Shown here piece by piece: positions 56,801 through 64,000 of a stretch of DNA of 64,000 bases. This stretch comes from an uncultured Dehalococcoidia bacterium (GTDB lineage Bacteria; Chloroflexota; Dehalococcoidia; UBA6926): contig CAZZAN010000003.1 of assembly GCA_964653005.1 (NCBI GenBank), forward strand, positions 206,592 through 270,591, in the 5' to 3' direction. The notes below the pieces were generated by a model. It did not search any database, had not been told where the DNA came from, and saw only the letters and a program-made list of their open reading frames with translations. A program made the position numbers and the translations under genes. How positions within the stretch are numbered: the first letter of the stretch is position 1; each line of letters opens with the position of its first letter.

Positions 56801-57292
56801 GTGGCGGAGGAGACTGAAACACAGGAGGAGCAGCCGGGAATTGATCTGGCTTACGACCTGATGCAGAGCTCCTATGATTGGGCGGTCAACCGACTCAATG
56901 CGGTCGAAAGCCGCATCCAAGCATTGATAGTGTTGTCAGCCAGCTTCATCGTGACTGCGCCGGCTTTGGTAGCCGCTACTGGCAGCGATATCACGCTCAA
57001 CTCTCCGTGGTTCTATCTTGCGCTCGGCATTGCCGCCGTGAACTTGGCCATCGGCGCCTTGACGAGGGCGCGGGGTGAAATCAAGTTACTTGGTATAAAC
57101 AAAATCTTCAGGGAATGGCTCGATCTGCCGCCCAATTGGTTCAAGCTCTATGCGGTAGAACGAGCGGCGGAGCATTTCGAAGCCAATGTCAGAACTGTCA
57201 ACCGCGCGGGGCAGCGCGCAATATGGATGACGGTTCTCTTCTTCGCCGAGGCGGGGGCGTTGGTCATGTGGGGAATCACTCAAATCGGATGA
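56801..57292 (+). CDS. hypothetical membrane protein (low-GC islet)
   Basis: 163 aa, 3-4 hydrophobic helices. Lower GC than the flanks. Confidence 0.45.
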   Translation: MAEETETQEEQPGIDLAYDLMQSSYDWAVNRLNAVESRIQALIVLSASFIVTAPALVAATGSDITLNSPWFYLALGIAAVNLAIGALTRARGEIKLLGINKIFREWLDLPPNWFKLYAVERAAEHFEANVRTVNRAGQRAIWMTVLFFAEAGALVMWGITQIG

Positions 57293-57653
57293 TTGCTCAA
57301 CTCATCAAGATGAGTGTCGCCTCTCCGACATGAAAGTGTGCGGGCAATTGGAAATACCCTTCGCTTGATTCAGAACCTCTTAATTGCGATTTCAGGGCCG
57401 GAAGGCCGCAGAGGCGTAAGTGGGGCGGGCTTTGTCGCCGACTTGCCTGTGTGCGTTTTAGTGGCCGGTTTCTCCCGGCTCACTTTCTACACACTGGAAC
57501 TCACGATCAAGCACCCCTAATCACGACGCCGGGATCGGAAGGTCTGGGGGGGCGTGGAGGGGCGGGCTGAGCGGGCCTTTGCGTTGGCCGGTCCGTATTT
57601 GTGTCAGGCACTGGATTTCCCTTGCTGTCCACACTTGAAATTACCAACACAGT

Positions 57654-57893
57654 CTACCACTCTTCATTTCCGATGGACGGGCTGAAATACTGTGAAGCAT
57701 GCACGTTGTCGGGGTTGATACGGTCAAGCATGTCGGCCAAGTAATATGGCGTCTTACGCAAGACAATCTGATCGTCACTCAAGAGGATTTCGATAGAAGA
57801 TCCTTCCTGAACGCCCCATTGCTCAGCGATGGGTTTGGGGATACGAATTGCGAGACTTGAACCCCACCTGGAGACGTGCGATTTCGCTCTCAT
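57654..57893 (-). CDS. AbrB/MazE/SpoVT-family antitoxin-like protein (orphan)
   Basis: 79 aa. SRWGSSLAIRIPKPIAEQWGV looped-hinge-helix motif. No intact toxin ORF downstream. The 360 bp downstream carries no credible CDS. Confidence 0.65.
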   Translation of the reverse strand: MRAKSHVSRWGSSLAIRIPKPIAEQWGVQEGSSIEILLSDDQIVLRKTPYYLADMLDRINPDNVHASQYFSPSIGNEEW

Positions 57894-57924
57894 TCGTTGC
57901 CTCCTATAGCTAGATTGTATTTCA

Positions 57925-57995
57925 CGTTGGGTTCTTCGCTGCGCTCAGAATGGCATAGTCAGATGGATTCCGGCTTCTGCTGGAATGAAAGGGGG
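57925..57995. repeat. modular hairpin repeat (D-partial and B)
   Basis: TTCTTCGCTGCGCTCAGAATGGCA ... GGATTCCGGCTTCTGCTGGAATGAAAGG. Confidence 0.75.
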
Positions 57996-58009
57996 GCTCA
58001 AATATAAAG

Positions 58010-58037
58010 TTGACAATGGTATTGTTAGGGGTATGAT
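58010..58037 (+). promoter_or_regulatory. sigma70-like promoter candidate TTGACA-N16-TATGAT upstream of the dnaJ-like gene
   Basis: Consensus-grade -35 and -10 hexamers seen directly, about 65-90 nt upstream of the 58100 start. Coordinates approximate. Confidence 0.5.
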
Positions 58038-58099
58038 GATTTTGTTGGTAGGAACTTAGGTGGGGTAGATAGCAGGAAATAGCGAATTATGGGCTTGAT

Positions 58100-59041
58100 G
58101 TGATGGCAGCGACGGACTATTACAAGACGCTTGGGGTTTCGCGTACGGCCTCCGAGAAGGAGATAAAGTCGGCGTTCCGTAAGCTTGCCCGCCAGTATCA
58201 CCCGGATGTGAATCCCGGCGACGAGGAGGCGGAGCGTCGCTTCAAGGAAATCAACGAGGCACACGAGGTTCTCGGCGACGCGGACAATCGCAAGAAGTAC
58301 GACAAGTACGGCGACAACTGGATGCATGCCGACCGCATCGAGGAAATGCAAGGCCAGGGTGGATTCGGTGCGGGGCCCGGGATGGGCGGCGCGTTCAGGT
58401 TCGCGGGGGGACAAGGATTTTCCGGCCTCGGCGATATTCTCGGCCAGTTCTTCAGAGGCGGAGCGCCGGGCCCTGAAACAGGATTCTATCAACAGCCCCA
58501 GCCTCAGCGCCCACGCGACGTTCCGGTAGAAATCACCTTGCAAGAGGCGTTTCAGGGGACGCGGCGTTCGATTCGTGTGCAGAACGGCGAGGGCGGAACG
58601 CGAACGATCGATGCGCAGATTCCGGCGGGAGTCGATATCGGCTCACGCGTGAAAATGAGCGGCGCGGGCCCCAGGACGCCTGCGGGTGGCAATTCCGATC
58701 TGTATCTGAAAGTGACGGTCAAGCCGGATCCCCGGTTCAGCCGCAAGGGGGCGGACCTCACAACGGAGGTCAAGGTTCCGATGCTTGACGCGCTGCTGGG
58801 CGGCGAGGTCATCGTGCCGACGATCGGCGGTTCCGGCGTGGCGCTTCGGATTCCGCCGGAGACGGATAACGGCCAGACGTTCCGCATTGCTGGCAAGGGA
58901 ATGCCAAAGATGCGCGGGACAGGCTCCGGTGATCTACTCGTCAAAGTGAGTGTGACACTGCCTAAGGGTTTGCAGGAATCCGAGCGCGAACTGTTGACGC
59001 AACTGCGGGGGATGCGCGAGACGGCAGGAGGTAAGGAATGA
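58100..59041 (+). CDS. cbpA: DnaJ-family co-chaperone lacking the Zn-finger domain (CbpA-like)
   Basis: 313 aa. J-domain (DYYKTLGV...HPD), G/F-rich linker, then the C-terminal substrate-binding domains. No CxxCxGxG repeats. Confidence 0.8.
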   Translation: MMAATDYYKTLGVSRTASEKEIKSAFRKLARQYHPDVNPGDEEAERRFKEINEAHEVLGDADNRKKYDKYGDNWMHADRIEEMQGQGGFGAGPGMGGAFRFAGGQGFSGLGDILGQFFRGGAPGPETGFYQQPQPQRPRDVPVEITLQEAFQGTRRSIRVQNGEGGTRTIDAQIPAGVDIGSRVKMSGAGPRTPAGGNSDLYLKVTVKPDPRFSRKGADLTTEVKVPMLDALLGGEVIVPTIGGSGVALRIPPETDNGQTFRIAGKGMPKMRGTGSGDLLVKVSVTLPKGLQESERELLTQLRGMRETAGGKE

Positions 59042-59427
59042 GCTTCCGAAATCCGAGCGATCCCGTGTATTCCATCCGCGTTGCGGCGCGGCTGGTCGGC
59101 CTGCACGTGCAGACATTGCGCTATTACGAACGCAACGGGATGGTACAGCCACAACGTTCCCGCGGGAACGTGCGTTATTACAGTGATGCGGACCTTGAGA
59201 GAATCCAGAAGATCAAGTCGCTCATCGATGAGCTTGGCGTCAATCTCGCCGGCGCAGAGGTAATCATGCGGATGAGCGGTCGCATGGCGGAGATGGAACA
59301 GCGCATCAAGGACCTGGAGGGCGCGCTGGAGCGGCTGACAGGCGCCAGAGCGTTGGCTGATGGATCAGCAGACGGTACTGAATCACAGAGAATCAATCGC
59401 AATGAAAGCGAGGAAACACGGTCATGA
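59038..59427 (+). CDS. hspR: MerR-family heat-shock regulator (HspR/CbpM-like)
   Basis: 129 aa. MerR HTH ([26 protein letters not shown]) plus a coiled-coil C-terminus. 4-nt overlap with the preceding J-protein gene. Confidence 0.75.
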   Translation: MSFRNPSDPVYSIRVAARLVGLHVQTLRYYERNGMVQPQRSRGNVRYYSDADLERIQKIKSLIDELGVNLAGAEVIMRMSGRMAEMEQRIKDLEGALERLTGARALADGSADGTESQRINRNESEETRS

Positions 59428-61889
59428 TGAGCCCTGACCGCTTCACGGATGGAGCGCAGGAGGCGCTCGCCGTGGCGCAGCAGACGGTGATGGACATGAG
59501 CCACAGCCAGTTGGACGTGGAGCACATCGTCTACGCGATATTTCAGCAGCCGGACAGCCAGGCCATCATGCTGTTGGAGCGCCTAGGCATCGACGTTGAC
59601 GCGATGGCAGATCGATTCGAGGGTGTTCTGAACAGCGCGCCAAAGGTGGCGGGAGGCGCGACGCAGCTCTATCTGACACCGCGAACGCAGGGGCTCTTGA
59701 CGGGCGCGACAACGGCGTCCAAGAGGCTCAATTCCGAGCAGATCGGAACGGAGCACCTGCTGCTCGGCGCAGTGGGAGTGAGCAACGGGCAATCGGATGC
59801 AATCTTCAAGGAATTCAACCTGACGCAGCCGCGCCTTGAGACGGCGCTTAAGGAGGCTCAGGGTGGAGCGGACGGCGGCGGCGAGCCGGGGCATGGGCGC
59901 TCCGAGCGATCTTCACGGGCGCTGGACCGCTACACCATCGATCTGACAACGCTCGCCGAGGAAGGCAAGTTGGACCCGGTCATCGGACGGCAGGTCGAAA
60001 TCCAGCGAGTGATGCAGATTCTCACGCGCCGCACCAAGAACAACCCGGTCATCATCGGCGAGGCGGGCGTCGGCAAGACGGCAATCGCCGAGGGGCTGGC
60101 ACAGCGAATCATTGCCGGAGACGTGCCGGAGTCGTTGAGCCACGCGCGCGTCCACGCGTTGGATATGGGGGCGCTGGTTGCGGGGGCGAAGTTCCGCGGC
60201 GAGTTCGAGGAGCGTGTTAAGAACGTTCTGAACGACGTGCGGGCCGCTCATGGCGACATCGTGCTGTTCATCGACGAGCTGCATACGGTTGTGGGCGCGG
60301 GTGCGGCGGAAGGCTCGATGGACGCCTCCAACATGCTCAAGCCGGCGCTGTCACGGGGCGAGCTGCAGGCGGTGGGCGCGACGACGCTGGATGAGTACCG
60401 CAGGCACATCGAGAAGGACACAGCGCTGGAGCGTCGTTTCCAGCCGGTGTATATCGAGGAGCCGTCCGTGGAGGACGCGATCTCCATTCTGCAGGGTGTT
60501 GCGCCGCGCTACGAGGCGCATCACAAGGTGACCATCACGCCGGAGGCGCTGGAGGCTGCCGTGCGGCTTAGCGCGCGGTACATCACAGACCGGCAGCTGC
60601 CGGACAAGGCCATCGACCTCATCGACGAGGCGGGTTCACGGCTACGAATCGACGCGGAGTCGTTCACCCCTGAGTTGAAGCAGATGGATCAACGGATGCG
60701 GCAGCTTGAAATCGAGGATGAGGCCGCGTCGAATCGTGAAGATTTTGAGGAGGCTGCCCGCATCAAGCAGGAGCGGGCACAGCTGCAGAACGAGTACGAG
60801 GCGACGCTGTCCACATGGAAGCAGGAGAAGAGCATCCGCAACACGGTAGAGGCTGAAGACATCGCTACGTTGATCTCCGAATGGACGGGCGTGCCGGTGA
60901 GCCGAATGTTAGAAGAGGAGACCCAGCGGCTGACGCGGATGGAAGAGGAACTACATCGGCGCGTCATCGGGCAGGAACAGGCCGTTACTGCGCTGTCCGA
61001 CGCGATCAGGCGCGCCCGCGCGGGGCTGAAGGATCCCGCGCGTCCCATCGGCAGTTTTATCTTCCTTGGGCCGACAGGCGTGGGCAAGACCGAGTTGGCG
61101 CGGGCGCTTGCACAGTTCTTGTTCGGCGACGAGGAGGCGATGATCCGTCTCGATATGTCAGAGTACGGCGAGCGACATGAGGTCTCGCGACTAGTCGGCG
61201 CGCCACCCGGGTACATCGGGTATGACGACGGCGGTCAATTGACGGAGTTGGTGCGGCGGCGTCCGTATCGGGTGATCCTGTTCGACGAGATTGAAAAGGC
61301 GCACCCGGACGTGTTCAACATGTTCCTCCAGATACTGGAGGACGGACGGCTGACGGACGGGCACGGCCGGACGGTGGATTTCCGCAACACGGTCATCATC
61401 ATGACGTCCAACCTTGGCACTGAAATCCTGCAACGGGAACAGATTGGACTGCTGCGCAACACAAACGGGGCGCAGGCATTCCAGGACCTCCAGCGGTCCG
61501 TGGACCAGGCGCTCAAGAAGGCGTTCCGGCCGGAGTTCATCAACCGCATCGACGAGATCATCGTGTTCGAGCCGCTGAGCCAGGAACAGATCCTGCAGAT
61601 CGTGGACCTGATGGTGGCAGAGGTGCAGGAGCGTCTTGAGGAGAAGAGCCTGCGAATCACGCTGACGGACGCGGCGCGGGAGTGGCTGGCCAACGTGGGC
61701 TACGACCCGTCGTTCGGGGCGAGGCCGCTGAGGCGGGCCGTGCAGCGGCACGTTGAAAACGTGCTGGCGCGGGAGATCCTTGAGGGGCGTTTCTTCGAAG
61801 GTGACGAGATTACAGTGGACATTGGCGACGAGGAATTGACGTTCACGAAGGTTGGGGTACGGGAGCCGGCCGTGACGGCGGGGGTCTAG
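59424..61889 (+). CDS. clpB: ATP-dependent disaggregase ClpB
   Basis: 821 aa. Clp N-domain, NBD1 [10 protein letters not shown], long coiled-coil middle domain, NBD2 [15 protein letters not shown], and a sensor-2 region. Confidence 0.9.
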   Translation: MMSPDRFTDGAQEALAVAQQTVMDMSHSQLDVEHIVYAIFQQPDSQAIMLLERLGIDVDAMADRFEGVLNSAPKVAGGATQLYLTPRTQGLLTGATTASKRLNSEQIGTEHLLLGAVGVSNGQSDAIFKEFNLTQPRLETALKEAQGGADGGGEPGHGRSERSSRALDRYTIDLTTLAEEGKLDPVIGRQVEIQRVMQILTRRTKNNPVIIGEAGVGKTAIAEGLAQRIIAGDVPESLSHARVHALDMGALVAGAKFRGEFEERVKNVLNDVRAAHGDIVLFIDELHTVVGAGAAEGSMDASNMLKPALSRGELQAVGATTLDEYRRHIEKDTALERRFQPVYIEEPSVEDAISILQGVAPRYEAHHKVTITPEALEAAVRLSARYITDRQLPDKAIDLIDEAGSRLRIDAESFTPELKQMDQRMRQLEIEDEAASNREDFEEAARIKQERAQLQNEYEATLSTWKQEKSIRNTVEAEDIATLISEWTGVPVSRMLEEETQRLTRMEEELHRRVIGQEQAVTALSDAIRRARAGLKDPARPIGSFIFLGPTGVGKTELARALAQFLFGDEEAMIRLDMSEYGERHEVSRLVGAPPGYIGYDDGGQLTELVRRRPYRVILFDEIEKAHPDVFNMFLQILEDGRLTDGHGRTVDFRNTVIIMTSNLGTEILQREQIGLLRNTNGAQAFQDLQRSVDQALKKAFRPEFINRIDEIIVFEPLSQEQILQIVDLMVAEVQERLEEKSLRITLTDAAREWLANVGYDPSFGARPLRRAVQRHVENVLAREILEGRFFEGDEITVDIGDEELTFTKVGVREPAVTAGV

Positions 61890-62764
61890 TGACTGATTAT
61901 CCGTTGGGAGAGGGGTTTGTCTCCGTTGAGGGGATGCGCCTGCAGTACGTGGAGGCGGGCCCGAGCGACGGGCCGCCGCTGGTGTTCCTGCATGGTATCG
62001 GCGGGGGCATCGAGGACTGGTGGGCAAACCTGGGCTATTTCGGTGAGCAGGGATACCGGGTTCTCGCGCCGAGTTCCCCGGGGCACGGCACTTCCGATTA
62101 TCCCCATGACGGCTGGAATCCGGCCGAAAGCGGCAAGACAATCATGGCGCTGATGGACGCGTGGGGGGTCGAAAGGGCTTCGGTGATCGGGCATTCTGCG
62201 GGCGGCATATCGGCGATATTGGCCACGCTTGAGAATCCGGAGCGGGTAACGAGCCTTGTGCTTGTCTCGCCGGGCGGTCTGACACGGAAGGTTGGGTGGC
62301 CGCTGAGGCTGGTGACTATTCCGCTCCTGGGTGAGGCGCTTTGGCAACCACGGCTATTGTCCGGACATCGGGCGAGCAAGACCATCTTCGCGGATGAAGA
62401 CCTGGTGAATCGCAGGATCATGGATGAGTGGGTATCCCGGCAACGGGGGTCGCAACAGCGCAAAGCGTTCTTCAAGCTGCTGCGGGAAGGGCTTACCGTG
62501 CAGGGGCTCAAGCATAAGTACGATCTGCGGGGCCGCGTGCGCGACATTCACTGTCCGACGCTGATCTTCTGGGGGCGGGAGGACATTATCGTGCCGTCGC
62601 CGGAGAGGCAGGAGGGACACCTGGTGTCGTGGCCGGAGGCGGAGTTCATGGAGCTATCGCCGTCCGGGCATTGGCCGCAGGTGGAGCAGGCGGCGGTGTT
62701 CAACCGGGAGGCAGCGGGGTTCCTGGAGAGGGTGGTCACCCCGTCTGAGAGTTCCAACCCCTGA
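61889..62764 (+). CDS. alpha/beta-fold hydrolase
   Basis: 291 aa. LVFLHGIGGG and a GHSAGG nucleophile elbow. Start overlaps the clpB stop. Confidence 0.8.
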   Translation: MTDYPLGEGFVSVEGMRLQYVEAGPSDGPPLVFLHGIGGGIEDWWANLGYFGEQGYRVLAPSSPGHGTSDYPHDGWNPAESGKTIMALMDAWGVERASVIGHSAGGISAILATLENPERVTSLVLVSPGGLTRKVGWPLRLVTIPLLGEALWQPRLLSGHRASKTIFADEDLVNRRIMDEWVSRQRGSQQRKAFFKLLREGLTVQGLKHKYDLRGRVRDIHCPTLIFWGREDIIVPSPERQEGHLVSWPEAEFMELSPSGHWPQVEQAAVFNREAAGFLERVVTPSESSNP

Positions 62765-62836
62765 TCCCGATTCTCTCCCTGAGGCGGGCAAGCGGCATGG
62801 CAGGCGCGATGTCCCACTTGGCGATATTATTGGGAA

Positions 62837-63118
62837 ATGAACGTTCAATCGAAAGCGCCAACGGTCCTAGCCCTAGCTGTGCTACTCGGCGCTACATTCG
62901 TCGGCTGGTATTGGGTTTGGGGAGTCTTCTTCCTGTACTGGGCCGTGTTCGGAATCGTGAGGGGAGAAGCCTTCGTGGTGCAACCCGTTTCACGGGACGA
63001 AAGCCCGGTACTCTTCTGGCTGATAAGCGTTTCATGGGTGGTCCTCGCCGGGCTCACCATCTTCTACGATTTCTTCCCCGACACCGCACTAATCTGGTTG
63101 GGAGATGGCAATGGCTAG
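62837..63118 (+). CDS. small membrane protein, translationally coupled to the downstream Rieske oxygenase
   Basis: 93 aa, three hydrophobic helices. Its TAG overlaps the ATG of the next gene (ATGGCTAG). Confidence 0.4.
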   Translation: MNVQSKAPTVLALAVLLGATFVGWYWVWGVFFLYWAVFGIVRGEAFVVQPVSRDESPVLFWLISVSWVVLAGLTIFYDFFPDTALIWLGDGNG

Positions 63119-64000
63119 CCAAAGAGGGATGCCCATCCTGCCGGTCGAGGCGTACACCTCGCAGGAGTGGTTTGACCGGGAGCAGGAGCGCATATTCTCG
63201 CGCACCTGGTCCTGCGCCGGCTTTGCTGAGGACATAAGCAAGCCGGGGCAGTACGTCTCCGTTCAGGCAGGGCTGAACAATATATTCATCGTAATGGGGC
63301 GGGACAGGCGGTTGAGGGCGTTCCACAACATCTGCCGCCACAGGGGAACGCAACTGCTTCGAGCCGTGGGCGAGACCCAACGGGCCATCGTCTGTCCCTA
63401 CCATGACTGGACGTATGACCTGGAAGGCCGTCTGATTTCCGTGCCCGCCAAAGAGAGTCATTTCCCGGATGTTGACTTTGACGGCATCCACCTCAAGAAG
63501 GCGTCCGTGGACATGTGGCGGGGGATGCTGTGGGTGCACCCGGACGAGAACGCGGGTTCAATCATGGATTGGTTCGGCGAGGTGGAGCCTTATCTAGGGC
63601 CGCACGACGTGGAGAACCTGGTGGAGTACCCCGACGGCCGCACCGAGCACGTCATCCAAGCCAACTGGAAGATCGTCGTGGAAAACTACATCGACGGCTA
63701 CCATCTTGCGCACCTCCACTCCGGCACACTGGCGATGTACGACCATTCACGAATCGAATCGGGATTCGTCGGACCCCACTTCGCTTTTTGGGAGCCCCTG
63801 GCGCCGGAGTACGCCGAGAACGTTGAGAAGAACGCTCCCTATCCCCTGGTTGTTCCGGTAGAGAAGGTCGGCGCATGGGTGCCGATGTTGTTCCCCGGCA
63901 TAGGGCTGGGGGAGTCGGAGAGTTCCTGGTCCCTGTTCCATGTGATTCCCCTCGCCCCCGACCGCACCAGAGTGGTCACCCGCACCAGAGTGGCCGCCGC
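63114..64000 (+). CDS. Rieske [2Fe-2S] ring-hydroxylating oxygenase alpha subunit (partial, runs off the window)
   Basis: Open frame from ATG 63114 to the window end, not in the ORF track. Rieske motif CRHRG...CPYHDW and a later non-haem-iron region (DGYHLAHLH). Confidence 0.8.

Noticed and set aside
57900-58100. HspR operator (HAIR, CTTGAGT-N7-ACTCAAG) upstream of the dnaJ-like/hspR/clpB unit
   Set aside because: Only a partial half-site-like GCTCAAAT is present. I found no convincing inverted repeat, so I report only the promoter hexamers.
1-64000. tRNA or rRNA genes anywhere in the window
   Set aside because: By eye I found no cloverleaf-compatible GTTCGAATC / GGTTCGAnTCC T-arm motifs flanked by acceptor-stem complementarity, and no rRNA-like conserved blocks. 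A tRNAscan run would be needed to be certain.

Overview
This 64-kb window is a high-GC (about 63-65% by eye) bacterial chromosomal segment read with the standard genetic code. It carries about 60 protein-coding genes on both strands. I saw no rRNA, tRNA or CRISPR arrays. Gene content (GatCA amidotransferase, ComEA/ComEC, a SpoIIIAA/Ycf45-like R3H ATPase, NirK) and the repeat style suggest a Chloroflexota-like organism, but that is inference only.

Main blocks in order:
- a beta-oxidation-like cluster: enoyl-CoA hydratase, MFS transporter, DUF35 Zn-ribbon/OB-fold protein and thiolase-like protein
- a PPOX-family protein and a KefB-type antiporter
- a MoxR / DUF58 / TgpA-like transglutaminase operon, translationally coupled to an Ogt (O6-alkylguanine methyltransferase) gene whose catalytic Cys codon is an in-frame TGA
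- a thiamine salvage locus: thiamine pyrophosphokinase divergent from an ABC importer that sits behind a clear TPP riboswitch
- a tandem GNAT-like protein, an R3H ATPase, tmk and gatA
- a Phd/YefM-VapC toxin-antitoxin pair
- an Lrp regulator and an aminotransferase
- an alpha/beta hydrolase
- copper nitrite reductase nirK with a PAS-LuxR regulator and a perfect palindrome in its promoter, then gatC
- an 0.8-kb ORF-less GC-rich gap
- low-GC islets: a membrane protein, an RHH orphan and a NYN nuclease
- rarA, a TPR protein, an SDR and rph
- comEA (with four SLBB repeats) and comEC
- glyA and rpsF-ssb-rpsR
- a parvulin PPIase and hom-thrC
- folE followed by a cluster of FemAB-like GNAT, GT4 glycosyltransferase, two LmbE deacetylases and a PHP phosphatase
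- ilvE and hisIE / HAD hydrolase / hisF / hisA / hisH
- a PduO-type adenosyltransferase
- a low-GC islet with an orphan AbrB antitoxin
- cbpA/dnaJ-hspR-clpB and an alpha/beta hydrolase
- a partial Rieske oxygenase running off the window end

A family of modular, hairpin-forming intergenic repeats fills most intergenic gaps. Within each module the stem sequence varies between copies but always stays base-paired, so the hairpins are conserved as structures. Translating the repeats produces many phantom ORFs in the six-frame track.
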